From an uncultured Actinomycetes bacterium (lineage in GTDB: Bacteria > Actinomycetota > Actinomycetes > Nanopelagicales > Nanopelagicaceae), in contig CAIPAI010000043.1 in assembly GCA_903863015.1 (NCBI GenBank), forward strand, positions 5,634 through 69,633: DNA of 64,000 nucleotides. Reading direction: 5' to 3'. Position numbers and translations under genes: made by a program. Every line of letters begins with the position of its first letter. The first letter of the stretch is position 1. Below, piece after piece: positions 27,443-36,499 of this stretch. The notes under the pieces are model-generated. The model made no database searches. It worked only from the letters and a program-made list of their open reading frames with translations, and was not told the DNA's origin.

Positions 27443-27952
27443 ATGAGACACCTCCCCGCCCACTTAATGATCGCTGGCACCTTGACCCTGGCTCCCGCCG
27501 GTCTGGCGCTCGCCTCCGCCACCCCGTCGCCCAGCGCGCCCCACACCCTGCACACGTGGCGCCTGCCGCTGGCTACTACCCAACTCCTTCGCCCGTTTAC
27601 CCCGCCGACCAGGCGTTATGGGCGCGGCCATCGAGGCGTGGATCTCACCGCCACGATCGGAAGCCCGGTCTGCGCCCCCGCCGATGGCACCCTCACCTTC
27701 GTCGGTCAGGTCAACCACGTGGCCACCGTGGTCCTCGCCCATGGCGCCGGATATCGCTCCACCTACCAATCCGTGACCTCGCGCTTGAAGGTGGGCACCA
27801 CAATCACCGCTGGTGAAGCCTTCGGCATAGTGAGCGCTTCCGGACATCTCGCAGGACCCACCTGCCTTCACTGGGGATTACTTCAAGGGCCCACCTATCT
27901 CGACCCGCTCTCGCTGCTGCCGCACTTGCAGACCCATCTCCTACCCTCTTAG
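27443..27952 (+). CDS. Secreted M23/LytM-family peptidase-like protein
   Basis: 169-aa ORF with a signal-like N-terminus. HRGVD is encoded at 27629-27643. The C-terminal motif reads CLHWG (27863-27877) where the canonical motif is HxH. Its position next to rpsB is conserved among actinobacteria. Confidence 0.8.
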   Translation: MRHLPAHLMIAGTLTLAPAGLALASATPSPSAPHTLHTWRLPLATTQLLRPFTPPTRRYGRGHRGVDLTATIGSPVCAPADGTLTFVGQVNHVATVVLAHGAGYRSTYQSVTSRLKVGTTITAGEAFGIVSASGHLAGPTCLHWGLLQGPTYLDPLSLLPHLQTHLLPS

Positions 27953-27959
27953 CCGCAAG

Positions 27960-28122
27960 ATGCGGATCACATTCAGCGAGCATGCTCTTAAACGGATGGA
28001 GGAGCGAGATCTTTCTCCGCCAATCTTGGGTTCCAAGTTACGGTGAGTTAAAAGTCTGGGTCGATGCACTTCCGAATGAGCGAAATACGGTTACCGTAAT
28101 CTCGAACTCTTCGCCCCTCTGA
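27960..28122 (+). pseudogene. Decayed DUF4258-family toxin gene (frameshifted and shortened)
   Basis: The ATG at 27960 gives MRITFSEHALKRMEERDLSPP..., the characteristic DUF4258 N-terminus, then a stop at 28044-28046 after 28 codons. The +1 frame continues ...GELKVWVDALPNERNTVTVISNSSPL, which resembles the family's C-terminal beta-strand region. Confidence 0.35.
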
Positions 28123-28254
28123 GCCAGGCTCAAACTTCCCGACTCGTTTCTGATCTCGAACTTTCACCAGAGGTCGCGCTGGAATTGCGAGCTCGCTGCC
28201 AAGGCGCTCCGTGAAGGCTCGGCGGATCGCCAGGGTCGGCATTAGGCTGGGTGC

Positions 28255-31209
28255 ATGTCTGGAGCACCTCTCGATCCCGTTGAAACCGTTAAGAAATACT
28301 TCGGAATCGATGGGAGTGCCACGCAACTTAACGGCGAACGAGATCTCAATTACCGCATCACCACAGCAGTAGATGGCGCCACCCGAGACTATGTCTTAAA
28401 AATTCATCAACCTGGACATCGTGATTGGCTCTCGTTGCAAGATCGCGCGCTCACCGCACTCTCACATTTAGCGCCACACCTTCCCATCCCAGTGCGCGCA
28501 CTAGGTGGCGAAATATCGGTCGATATCCCCGGTGGTCGCACCGCACGTTTACTCACTTGGGTAGCGGGCAGCGCCTGGGCGGAAACCGAAACCACGAGCA
28601 CCGATCTGCGCGACCTCGGAACTATTTTGGGGCGTATTGATAAAGAACTCGCAAAGATGGAGATCACCGAACCCGTCGAAGAGATTCTGACTCGAGAATT
28701 TATGTGGAACATGATGCAGGCGGGTCGCCTCTCGCAACACGTGCATCGCATCACTGACGAAACGTTGCGAAATGTAGTCATCGAAGTACTTGAAGATTTC
28801 CGCGAAGAACAACTTCCAAAACTTGCGCTCTTACCGCGGCAGATGATTCATAACGATGCCAACGATTACAACATCTTTGTCAGCGAACGCGGCATCGGTG
28901 TGATCGACTTTGGCGACATCGTGCTTGGCGCCAAAATTATTGGCCTCGCAGTTGCAGCTTCGTACGCTGCCATCGGTCACGATGACCCAGTAAAAGCGCT
29001 TTTGCCACTTGTGCGCGGTTATCACATCACCTCACCGCTCTCCCCTAGTGAATTAGAGCTACTCCTGCCGCTCACTAAGGTGCGGCTGGCGATGAGCGTT
29101 GTGAACGCAGCCGTACAGAGTGCCGCAGACCCCACCAACGAATACTTAAACATCAGTCAGGGCGTTATCCCCGCGCTTCTCTTGCAATTGCATGCCACTG
29201 ATTTCAATCATTCACTTTTCCGCTTCCGCGATGCGTGTGGTTACGAAGGAAATCCCAACTCACGCGCCGTGCGTCAATACCTATCGACAGTGGCAAGGCG
29301 CGCAGACGTGGTTTGTCCACCATTTAAGGACCATAAGTACATCTACTTAGATTGGTCAGTTGAGAATACTTCCATCCCGCGATGGAGCGAAGATATCGCC
29401 AATCTCATGGCATCCAAAGGTGCAGATGTTGCGATTGGTCATTACTGTGAAAACCGAAATGTTTACCAAGGCGATGCTTACAACACAGCAAGCCCCAGTG
29501 CACGCACGATTCACTTGGGCGTCGATCTCTTTCTCCCAGCAGGTTCGCCCGTTTATTCCGCGCTCGATGGTGTAGTCGATGCCTTTAACGACAACAACAC
29601 CCCACTCGACTACGGCCCAGTCATTCTTCTGCGCCACGAAACCACCGAAGGCATTCCCTTCTGGACGCTCTATGGTCACCTCTCGCGCGAATCACTTCCT
29701 AAACTTTCAGTAGGAATGAAAGTCAACGCTGGCGATCAAATCGCCACCATCGGTCAAGAACACGAAAATGTTGGCTGGCCCCCACATACCCACTTCCAAC
29801 TGCTGACAGATCTTTGTGGCATGGGACTTGATGTGTATGGCGTAGCACCGAAGGATGAGATCTCGCTCTGGCGCAGCATCTCACCGAATCCCAACTTGGC
29901 GCTCGGAATCGCCAGTGGAACCGACGCACACGCACACCTTGCAACCGACGTCATTCGTGAAGATCGAACGACGGTGCTCTCGCGAAATCTCAGTCTCAAC
30001 TTCCGAACACCACTCGAGATAGTGCGCGGTGAAGGCGCATATCTCTACGACGTTAATGGGAAGGCCTATCTCGACCTGGTAAATAACGTGGCGCACGTCG
30101 GCCACGGACATCCCCGCGTGGTTGCCGCCGGGGCCGCGCAGATGGCCGCACTTAATACCAATACGCGCTACCTCCACCAAAATATTGTGGAATATGCCCG
30201 CGCACTTACCAGCACACTCCCGGATCCGCTGAGTGTGGTCTTCTTCGTGAACTCCGGAAGCGAAGCAAACGATCTAGCCATTCGCCTCGCTCGTGCACAC
30301 ACAAAAGCCCGCGGCTTCATCGCACTCAAGCATGCCTACCACGGTCATACCGCAAGTGTGGTCGACATCAGCCCTTACAAGTTCCTCGGCAAGGGTGGGC
30401 TAGGCGCGCCCGATCATGTGCGCGTAGCTAACCTTCCCGATCCTTATCGCGGGGTACACAAGGGCGAAGCGGCCGGCAGTCAATACGCCGCAGACTTTGC
30501 CGCCACACTCGCAGACCTCAATCAGCCACTCGCCGCGTTTATCTCAGAAGGCATCGTCAGCACTGCAGGACAAATCGTGCTCGCCGATGGATTCCTGAAG
30601 AACGCCTACGAACAAGTACGCGCCGTTGGCGGGCTTGCAATCGCAGATGAAGTGCAAATTGGTTTAGGTCGTGTGGGCAACAAATTCTGGGGATTTGAGT
30701 TGCACGATGTGGTGCCAGATATCGTCACCATGGGCAAGCCGCTCGGAAATGGTCACCCACTTGCCGCGGTTGTCACCACCCCCGAAGTAGCTGCTTCTTT
30801 CCATAACGGCATGGAGTACTTCAACACCTTTGGTGGCAATCCAGTGAGCGCAGCAATTGGTCTTGCGGTGCTAGAAGTTGTGCAAGATGGTCACCTCCAA
30901 GCCAATGCCATCAACATGGGTAAGTACCTCACTGATGGCGTGCGAGAGATGAGTAAGCGCCATTCAATGATTGGCGACGTGCGTGGATCCGGTCTCTTTA
31001 TCGGCGTGGAATTAATGCGCGACGAAAAACCAGCCACCGAAGAGATGGGCGACCTCATCGAGTACGCCAAAGAACGCGGCGTCTTCCTTTCGTGTGATGG
31101 CCCTGATAACAACGTGCTGAAGATCAAACCGCCCATGGTGCTCACTACCAAGGATGTTGATCTCTTCTTGAATATCTTCGACGAGGGTTTAGGCGCAGTT
31201 AAACGCTAA
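28255..31209 (+). CDS. Three-domain fusion protein: APH-type (hydroxylysine-kinase-like) phosphotransferase, M23/LytM-like domain, and class III PLP phospho-lyase/aminotransferase (ETNPPL/PHYKPL-like)
   Basis: 984-aa ORF without a signal peptide. The kinase domain carries [12 protein letters not shown] (His at 28849) and VIDFGD. The M23 domain carries IHLGVD (29512-29526), YGHLS and PHTHFQ (29785-29793). The C-terminal domain carries [11 protein letters not shown] and [19 protein letters not shown], with the PLP lysine at 30736-30738. Confidence 0.9.
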   Translation: MSGAPLDPVETVKKYFGIDGSATQLNGERDLNYRITTAVDGATRDYVLKIHQPGHRDWLSLQDRALTALSHLAPHLPIPVRALGGEISVDIPGGRTARLLTWVAGSAWAETETTSTDLRDLGTILGRIDKELAKMEITEPVEEILTREFMWNMMQAGRLSQHVHRITDETLRNVVIEVLEDFREEQLPKLALLPRQMIHNDANDYNIFVSERGIGVIDFGDIVLGAKIIGLAVAASYAAIGHDDPVKALLPLVRGYHITSPLSPSELELLLPLTKVRLAMSVVNAAVQSAADPTNEYLNISQGVIPALLLQLHATDFNHSLFRFRDACGYEGNPNSRAVRQYLSTVARRADVVCPPFKDHKYIYLDWSVENTSIPRWSEDIANLMASKGADVAIGHYCENRNVYQGDAYNTASPSARTIHLGVDLFLPAGSPVYSALDGVVDAFNDNNTPLDYGPVILLRHETTEGIPFWTLYGHLSRESLPKLSVGMKVNAGDQIATIGQEHENVGWPPHTHFQLLTDLCGMGLDVYGVAPKDEISLWRSISPNPNLALGIASGTDAHAHLATDVIREDRTTVLSRNLSLNFRTPLEIVRGEGAYLYDVNGKAYLDLVNNVAHVGHGHPRVVAAGAAQMAALNTNTRYLHQNIVEYARALTSTLPDPLSVVFFVNSGSEANDLAIRLARAHTKARGFIALKHAYHGHTASVVDISPYKFLGKGGLGAPDHVRVANLPDPYRGVHKGEAAGSQYAADFAATLADLNQPLAAFISEGIVSTAGQIVLADGFLKNAYEQVRAVGGLAIADEVQIGLGRVGNKFWGFELHDVVPDIVTMGKPLGNGHPLAAVVTTPEVAASFHNGMEYFNTFGGNPVSAAIGLAVLEVVQDGHLQANAINMGKYLTDGVREMSKRHSMIGDVRGSGLFIGVELMRDEKPATEEMGDLIEYAKERGVFLSCDGPDNNVLKIKPPMVLTTKDVDLFLNIFDEGLGAVKR

Positions 31210-31220
31210 TTAGTTGGCCG

Positions 31221-32153
31221 CTAAGCCCGTGGATGAGCGTTCTTGAACGCTTCTTTGAGTCGATCAATAGATACGTGCGTGTAAATCTGCGTCGTTCCAA
31301 GTGAAGCGTGCCCCAAGATCTCCTGCACAGTTCTTAAATCCGCGCCGCCTTCAAGAAGGTGCGTGGCCGCAGAGTGGCGCAATCCGTGTGGACCCATATC
31401 GGGCGCACCCGGAGACGCCAACATCGCCTCATGGACGAGGGTGCGCACCGTACGTGGATCAATCCGCTTCCCCTTCACACCTACAAAGAGCGCGCGTGAA
31501 CTCTCTTTGATCATGGAATCTCTGCCGCGACCGATCCAGGATTCAAGTGCTAGGCGCGCAGGATCGCCAAAAGGAACTGTGCGCTCTTTATTTCCTTTAC
31601 CAATCACTTGAAGAGTACGTCGATCAAAATTGAGACTTTCTAGATTGAGGCCACAGAGTTCAGAGACCCGAATTCCGGTGGCGTAGAGCACTTCGACGAT
31701 TGCGCGATCGCGAAGGGTGAGAGGCGTTTCATCTTCATTCGCTGCAGCATCTAATGCATCGAGAACTTCATCGGCCTGGCCACGATTAAGAACACCGGGC
31801 AGCGTGCGATGTGATTTAGGAGAGACCAACGTCGCCGCAAAATCACTTTCGATGAACCCGCGACGATGCGCCCACCCGGTAAAGACTCGAATCGAAGAGG
31901 CTCGACGGGCCATCGACGTGCGCGCAGCTCCCGAGAGTTGCATGGTTGCTAACCATGAACGGACTAACGAGAGCGAGAGAGCAGCCGGATCGCCCTTCGC
32001 TTCACGTCGGGCATAATCACCGAGCGTTTCAAGATCATTGAGATAGGCGCGCACCGTATTCTCCGAGAGGTTACGTTCATCGACGAGATAACTTCGGAAG
32101 CCATCGAGCGCCCGGGCGAATTCCGCGGTCACTTCTAGTTCAGGGCGTTCCAT
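31221..32153 (-). CDS. xerC: Tyrosine recombinase XerC
   Basis: 310-aa ORF with the catalytic region GLRHSAATHLLEGGADLRTVQEILGHASLGTTQIYTH. It sits in the conserved context next to dprA. Confidence 0.9.
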   Translation of the reverse strand: MERPELEVTAEFARALDGFRSYLVDERNLSENTVRAYLNDLETLGDYARREAKGDPAALSLSLVRSWLATMQLSGAARTSMARRASSIRVFTGWAHRRGFIESDFAATLVSPKSHRTLPGVLNRGQADEVLDALDAAANEDETPLTLRDRAIVEVLYATGIRVSELCGLNLESLNFDRRTLQVIGKGNKERTVPFGDPARLALESWIGRGRDSMIKESSRALFVGVKGKRIDPRTVRTLVHEAMLASPGAPDMGPHGLRHSAATHLLEGGADLRTVQEILGHASLGTTQIYTHVSIDRLKEAFKNAHPRA

Positions 32154-32184
32154 ATTGACACGGTCGCGGAAAGTATTACGAAGG

Positions 32185-33228
32185 TCAAGCAGGCGCGAGT
32201 AGAAATGCGCCTCTACTATCGCGAACCACTGCGCCGAGCGCCATCAATTCTGCGAGGGCGGCGAAAGCTTGACTCACTTCGAGTGCACCTAAATGCGCCA
32301 ACTCTTCGGCGGTGATGCCTTGCCGGCGTGAGAGCAATGCTAAAAGCGGATGATCTACCCGTGGAATTTCTAACGGTGAAATAAGTGCAATGACATCTTC
32401 TACCTGAGTAATGAGATTTGCCACGTTCTCAGAGATGAGACGGTGCACCCCCGCTGACATGGGCGAAGTGATCGCTCCTGGAACGCCCATGACATAGCGA
32501 TGGAGTTCGGCTGCATCGAATGCGGTACGGAGGGAACCACTGCGCATCGCTGCTTCCACCACGATCGTTCCTTGCGAGAGCGCGGCTATCAGCCGATTAC
32601 GCACCAGGAATCGAGATCGAAAGGCGAAGGCTTGCGGACGCACCTCCGAGATAAGTAGCCCGCCTTCGGCTATTTGTGCAAAGAGGCGAGAGTGCGCCAC
32701 GGGATAACTACGACTCACGCCAGATGCAAGCACGGCGCAGGTGACACCGTTCGCGGCGAGCGCTCCACGGTGAGCGGCCGCATCGATACCAAAGGCGCCT
32801 CCACTGACGATCGCCAATCCGCGATCACATAATTGCGCCGCAAAATTTTCGGCGACCCGGACTCCGTAAGAGGTGGCCGTACGCGAACCTACGATCGCAA
32901 CAGAAGAAGCGAGTGTGCCTATTTGCCCACCGCCCACGACCGAGAGCGCAATCGGTGGAACCTGGAGATCATTCAACGCTACTGGCCAGTGCGCATCCGA
33001 TGGGATCAACAGATGCGCCCCAGACCGTCGCCACTCCTCTTCCAACTCGCTCTCATCTAAATCTTGGATAGCACGCGTTGCCACACTGGCCACTTCATGA
33101 AAGTGACCAGCACGTAATCGTTCTAGAGTCTCTGGCGCACCATGACGTTCGATGCTGGAGGCAATGTGGAGTAGACCTGGTTCGCAGATTGCCATCAAGA
33201 TGCGCCGGGCATCGTGTTCACTTCTCAT
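32185..33228 (-). CDS. dprA: DNA-processing protein DprA
   Basis: 347-aa ORF with the Rossmann-like core AIVGSRTATSYG...SGGAFGIDAAAHRGAL. Its start overlaps the comM stop. Confidence 0.9.
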   Translation of the reverse strand: MRSEHDARRILMAICEPGLLHIASSIERHGAPETLERLRAGHFHEVASVATRAIQDLDESELEEEWRRSGAHLLIPSDAHWPVALNDLQVPPIALSVVGGGQIGTLASSVAIVGSRTATSYGVRVAENFAAQLCDRGLAIVSGGAFGIDAAAHRGALAANGVTCAVLASGVSRSYPVAHSRLFAQIAEGGLLISEVRPQAFAFRSRFLVRNRLIAALSQGTIVVEAAMRSGSLRTAFDAAELHRYVMGVPGAITSPMSAGVHRLISENVANLITQVEDVIALISPLEIPRVDHPLLALLSRRQGITAEELAHLGALEVSQAFAALAELMALGAVVRDSRGAFLLAPA

Positions 33229-34757
33229 GCGGCACCGACCAGTTGTGAAATCCCGCTGCGCAAGAGGTAGGCCTCGGCGACATCTTCTCGACGAGGTCGA
33301 TCATGGCCGGCAAGATCAGCGATACTCCACGCCACCCGCAGCACCTTATGTAGCCCCCTGGCGGTGACTCGATGGTGTTCAAGTTCGCGGTGAATAAGAG
33401 CCATGGCGTCATCGCTTGCCGCAAATTCGCGGCGCAACGCACTACCCGAAACATGCGCATTCGTAGCAAACCCACTTCCGGCTAAACGTGCTGACGTCCG
33501 CTCCCTCGCGATAAGCACCCGTTCACGCACCACCGCACTCGCCTCCCCCACATCACTAGCCGCCAACGCAACTCGGCTCACTGGTTCAACAAAGATTTGC
33601 AAGTCAACGCGATCGAGGAGTGGCCCTGAAAGTTTGGAGAGATAGCGACGAATAGCAAGAGGTGTGCAATTACATGCACGGCCATCTCCAGTAAATCGAC
33701 CGCAGGGGCATGGGTTTGCGGCGAGCACTAAGAGAAAGCGGGCCGGAAAGAGCGCACTGCCGCCCGTGCGCGCAAGTGAAACCACTCCCGACTCGAGCGG
33801 TTCACGAAGTGCATCGAGTACCCCACTTATAAACTCGGGTGCTTCATCGAGAAAGAGCACACCACGGTGCGCCAAAGAGATCGCACCGGGTCTCGGTTGA
33901 TTCATGCCACCGCCGATGATCGCTGAGCGCGTCGCAGTGTGATGCGGCGCCACAAAAGGTGGCGTGCGAATAAGTGGCGCACTTCCTTTAACTAGCCCGG
34001 CGATGGAGTGGATGGAAGTCACTTCGATAGCTGCATCTGTATCGAGCGGCGGCATGATCGACGGTAAACGTTCAGCGAGCATGGTCTTCCCGGCACCGGG
34101 AGTACCCATCATTAAGAGATGATGCTCGCCTACCGCCGCAATTTCGATCGCGCGGCGCGCTTCGTATTGTCCGAGTACATCAGCGAGATCGGGAGCAGCA
34201 TGTGGACTTTCAATACTCTCGATCTCATCATCTTCTTGAAATTCCAGACCACGGAGAAATGCCACCACGTTTATTAATTGAGAAAATCCAAAGACTTCGA
34301 TACCTGGAATGAGACTTGCCTCTGCCAGGTTTGCGCGAGGAACAATGGCGCGAGTGAAGCCAGCATCGCGCGCCACCACCATGGCAGGAAGCGCCCCGGC
34401 GATTGCGCGAACGCGTCCGTCGAGACTCAACTCCCCCAAGACCACCGTGTCGTGCAACCCTTCCGAAGAAATCTTCATTTCGCCGGCAAGGAGTGCCAGC
34501 GCTACTGAGAGATCGAAGCCACTTCCGCGTTTCGGGAGTGAGGCAGGGGAAAGTGCAACAGTGGTGCGCTTATTAGGCCACGCTTCTCCAGAATTGATCA
34601 ATGCAGAGCGAACGCGATCTCTCGATTCGGAAAGTGCGGCATCAGGTAGCCCGAGCAAATTGAAAGCCGGAACTCCATCAGCGATATCTGCTTCGACTTC
34701 CACGATATGGCCAGCCACCCCCAGTAGAGCCACGGAGTACACCTTTGCGAGGGCCAT
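33225..34757 (-). CDS. comM: Mg-chelatase-like AAA+ protein YifB/ComM
   Basis: 510-aa ORF with an N-terminal Lon-like domain, Walker A GTPGAGKTM and GVLFLDEAPEF. Confidence 0.92.
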   Translation of the reverse strand: MALAKVYSVALLGVAGHIVEVEADIADGVPAFNLLGLPDAALSESRDRVRSALINSGEAWPNKRTTVALSPASLPKRGSGFDLSVALALLAGEMKISSEGLHDTVVLGELSLDGRVRAIAGALPAMVVARDAGFTRAIVPRANLAEASLIPGIEVFGFSQLINVVAFLRGLEFQEDDEIESIESPHAAPDLADVLGQYEARRAIEIAAVGEHHLLMMGTPGAGKTMLAERLPSIMPPLDTDAAIEVTSIHSIAGLVKGSAPLIRTPPFVAPHHTATRSAIIGGGMNQPRPGAISLAHRGVLFLDEAPEFISGVLDALREPLESGVVSLARTGGSALFPARFLLVLAANPCPCGRFTGDGRACNCTPLAIRRYLSKLSGPLLDRVDLQIFVEPVSRVALAASDVGEASAVVRERVLIARERTSARLAGSGFATNAHVSGSALRREFAASDDAMALIHRELEHHRVTARGLHKVLRVAWSIADLAGHDRPRREDVAEAYLLRSGISQLVGAA

Positions 34758-35102
34758 TTAGATTCCCTTTCGATAGTCGATGAAAACTTTGGGTAGCAGA
34801 GTGATCGCTAAGCCGTCGACGCGGAGTCGGTCATAGCCGCGCAACTCCTTCTCATAGACCCACATGCGAAGAAGTAAGTGGAGTCGGTGCAGTTTGCGAG
34901 GAGTAATCGCTTCTAAGGGGTGTCCGGTGCGCCCGGTGGTGCGAGTCTTAACTTCGATGGCGGCTATCGTTGCGCCGTCGCGCACCAGGAGATCAATCTC
35001 GCCGGCGGCACAACGCCAATTACGATCTAGGATTTCTAATCCGGCTCTTTCTAGAAATGCCGCCGCCAAAACTTCTCCGCGTTTACCTGTCTCTTGATTC
35101 AC
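34758..35102 (-). CDS. yraN: YraN-family (UPF0102) endonuclease-like protein
   Basis: 114 aa with G..GE..A...L...G..IL.RN.R...GEIDLL, typical of UPF0102. Confidence 0.85.
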   Translation of the reverse strand: MNQETGKRGEVLAAAFLERAGLEILDRNWRCAAGEIDLLVRDGATIAAIEVKTRTTGRTGHPLEAITPRKLHRLHLLLRMWVYEKELRGYDRLRVDGLAITLLPKVFIDYRKGI

Positions 35103-35162
35103 CGAAGCAGAATGGCGAAAGTAGGCGGCTTTGCGCCGCGCTCCTTATTAACTGTGGAGGGA

Positions 35163-35768
35163 TTACGCGAGCGCAGCAATATTTGCAAAGGAGAAGCGAT
35201 GGATCTTTGACGGTCCGTGAGCGAGGAGCGCAGATTTGTGAGCAGCCGTGACGTACCCCTTATGTATCTCTAATCCATATTCGGGATATTCCACTGCCAA
35301 CTCTCGCATGATCCGATCCCGGGTTACTTTCGCAAGAATCGAGGCCGCCCCGATCGTGCGCGAAACGCTATCGCCTTTCCAAACCGCCAGATTGGGAACG
35401 GTGAGCCCATCAATTGCATAACCATCGGTGAGCGCGTAATCAGCAGCAGGAGCGAGAGCAGATATTGCTCGGCGCATTCCCGCCAAGTTAGAGATGTGCA
35501 AACCCACTTCATCTATTTCGGAGGCGGGAACTTCAATAATTGAGTATGCGAGCGCGACCTCTTTCACACGTTCAAACCGGCGCTCGCGTTCTGCTTCGCT
35601 AATAGATTTTGAATCGACGCAAGCAGAGAGATCAACACCAGAATCAGAACGAGGAAGGATGACAGCGGCAATGATCAGCGGGCCGGCACACGCGCCGCGC
35701 CCTGCTTCATCTACCCCGGCGATGCGGGAGAACCCGATGCCCTCAAGGGAGATTTCTGGAGCGATCAC
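35163..35768 (-). CDS. rnhB: Ribonuclease HII
   Basis: 201 aa with GVDEAGRGACAGPL and DSK motifs. Confidence 0.93.
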   Translation of the reverse strand: MIAPEISLEGIGFSRIAGVDEAGRGACAGPLIIAAVILPRSDSGVDLSACVDSKSISEAERERRFERVKEVALAYSIIEVPASEIDEVGLHISNLAGMRRAISALAPAADYALTDGYAIDGLTVPNLAVWKGDSVSRTIGAASILAKVTRDRIMRELAVEYPEYGLEIHKGYVTAAHKSALLAHGPSKIHRFSFANIAALA

Positions 35769-36448
35769 GGCTTGATGCTAGTGAGAACTTCCGGACGTTG
35801 AAGCGTTTTAGCGTGAGCCACCGGCCACACAACTGCCACCGCGCGCCCAATCACGTCGTTAAGAGGAACCATTCCCTTGCGGGGATCTTCTTGGTGATAG
35901 CGCGAATCTTCACTCGCTCCTCGATGGTCACCCATCACCCAGATGCTGCCCTTTGGAACTTTTACTTCGAAAGCCAAGTCGCTTGGAGTATTCCCGGGAT
36001 AGAGATATTTCTCGTCGATAGAAACGCCGTTCACGCTGAGGCGTCCTTGCGCGTCACAACACTTCACCGTATCGCCAGCAACTCCGATGGTTCGCTTGAT
36101 GAGATCTTGATCAGCTGGATCGGGAAGCAAACCGATTGCTACAAAACCATTCTTGATGTGTTGACCAAAACTGACCTGGTCAGAGACATAGGGCTCCGGC
36201 AACCAACCGCCTGGATCTTTAAAAACTACTACGTCGCCTCGGCCAATATTTCCGAGATGCATACCAAGCTTGTTAACGATGACTCGATCATTGACTCGAA
36301 GTGTGTTCTCCATCGAACCCGAAGGGATGTAGAACGCTTGAATGAGAAAAGCTTTAAGAATGACCGAAATAACAATGGCCGTAACAATGAGAACCGGAAT
36401 TTCTCGGAGGAGCGAACCTTTAGCGGGTACTTTGAAAGGTAGCTTCAC
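35765..36448 (-). CDS. lepB: Signal peptidase I
   Basis: 227 aa with an N-terminal TM segment, IPSGSMENTL (catalytic Ser), RGDVVVF and GDHRGASEDSR. Confidence 0.92.
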   Translation of the reverse strand: MKLPFKVPAKGSLLREIPVLIVTAIVISVILKAFLIQAFYIPSGSMENTLRVNDRVIVNKLGMHLGNIGRGDVVVFKDPGGWLPEPYVSDQVSFGQHIKNGFVAIGLLPDPADQDLIKRTIGVAGDTVKCCDAQGRLSVNGVSIDEKYLYPGNTPSDLAFEVKVPKGSIWVMGDHRGASEDSRYHQEDPRKGMVPLNDVIGRAVAVVWPVAHAKTLQRPEVLTSIKP

Positions 36449-36499
36449 GGGGAAGATACTAGTGCGCGCTGGCCGAGGAAATTCGAATTAATGCTGAGA

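Noticed and set aside
27113-27463. The ORF-track version of rpsB extends 117 codons upstream (387 aa in total).
   Set aside because: The extension ([18 protein letters not shown]...) has no similarity to S2 and is Pro/Arg/Gly-rich, as expected when G+C-rich non-coding DNA is translated. The canonical S2 N-terminus starts at the ATG at 27112, preceded by AAGGAG.
28048-28326. A 92-aa minus-strand ORF (or 64 aa from the ATG at 28242) lies between the M23 gene and the fusion gene.
   Set aside because: I can recognise no family. The longest version overlaps the start of the 984-aa gene. It lies antisense to what reads as a decayed DUF4258 gene. It may still be real, so it remains an open alternative in the TA-relic finding.
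31221-34757. A tyrosine recombinase sits next to dprA and comM. I considered an integrative element or a competence island.
   Set aside because: xerC-dprA-comM-yraN-rnhB-lepB is conserved actinobacterial chromosomal synteny. There is no att-like flanking repeat, no excisionase and no phage or conjugation gene.
35798-36442. A 214-aa plus-strand ORF lies fully antisense to lepB. Similar long antisense ORFs occur at 62430-63152 (versus gpsA), 45295-45882 (versus ftsY), 27464-27871 (versus the M23 gene) and 19735-20235.
   Set aside because: Each lies entirely inside a confidently assigned gene on the opposite strand. Each has a low-complexity, Ser/Arg/Pro-biased composition with no recognisable motif. 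Such shadow ORFs are expected in moderately G+C-rich DNA.
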